Under the pieces are notes generated by a model, which worked only from the letters and a program-made list of their open reading frames with translations, did no database searches and was not told the DNA's origin. Made by a program: the position numbers and the translations under genes. 64,000 bases of DNA from contig OZ059899.1 in the NCBI GenBank assembly GCA_964057225.1, positions 21,266,001-21,330,000 on the forward strand, in the 5' to 3' direction. Of this stretch, positions 63,701 to 64,000 are shown one piece after another. The DNA is from Auanema rhodensis. Its lineage: Eukaryota > Animalia > Nematoda. Every line of letters begins with the position of its first letter. The first letter of the stretch is position 1.

Positions 63701-64000
63701 AAATCTAATAATACAGATCGACGCAGCTTAAAAATCCGCATCGAATGCACTATACTATATTGAGAAACGCTTAATAAAAAAATTAGTTATGATCGTTTGA
63801 AAAATGATGCCTTAGTGTATGTTGAGTTTCCATGTACACTCAACATTGCTTCCAAAAACATTTTGACAAAAATTTTTTCGAAAAATTTCAAAATAATTTA
63901 GCAAAAAGTAGATGTTTTTAGATTCCTTTTTTCAAGGCAAAGACGATGGACTTTGTTATTCAACGAAAAATTAATTCTTCAGGGTGAAAATCGAGGATAT
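57742..64000 (-). repeat. Same satellite family in inverted orientation (about 18 monomers of 350-352 bp, distinct variant set)
   Basis: From 57742 the sequence GATAACACAGATCGACGCAGC is the reverse complement of the monomer, starting at monomer position 285. It continues to the window end. Confidence 0.99.

Noticed and set aside
1-64000. CRISPR array, retron or other prokaryotic system
   Set aside because: Repeats are contiguous 351-bp units with no unique spacers, and there are no cas or RT genes. The content is eukaryotic.
57742-64000. Inversion as a sequencing fold-back artefact
   Set aside because: The inverted monomers carry their own recurrent variants and do not mirror the adjacent forward monomers. 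An assembly misjoin is still possible without read data.

Overview
Eukaryotic heterochromatin-like window, not prokaryotic. About 94% is one tandem satellite array with a 351-bp monomer (about 31% GC by my count), and copies differ at only a few positions. About 154 monomers run in + orientation (1-57741), then the array flips at 57741/57742 and about 18 monomers of a distinct subfamily run in - orientation to the window end. One monomer is interrupted by a 3647-bp LTR retroelement (38042-41688). It has two 381-bp LTRs in which I find no differences, a 4-bp target-site duplication (AAAT), a tRNA-Pro-type primer-binding site, a polypurine tract and non-canonical TG...TT termini. Its single ORF (about 800 aa) encodes Gag (capsid-like region plus CCHC knuckle) and an aspartic protease, but no reverse transcriptase, RNase H or integrase. 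It therefore looks like a very young, non-autonomous Gag-protease-only Ty3/gypsy-type element mobilised in trans. An uninserted paralog of the target block lies 13,128 bp downstream. The PBS sequence, a TTTTCAG acceptor in the LTR and the protein style suggest a nematode host (inference). All comparisons were made by eye.
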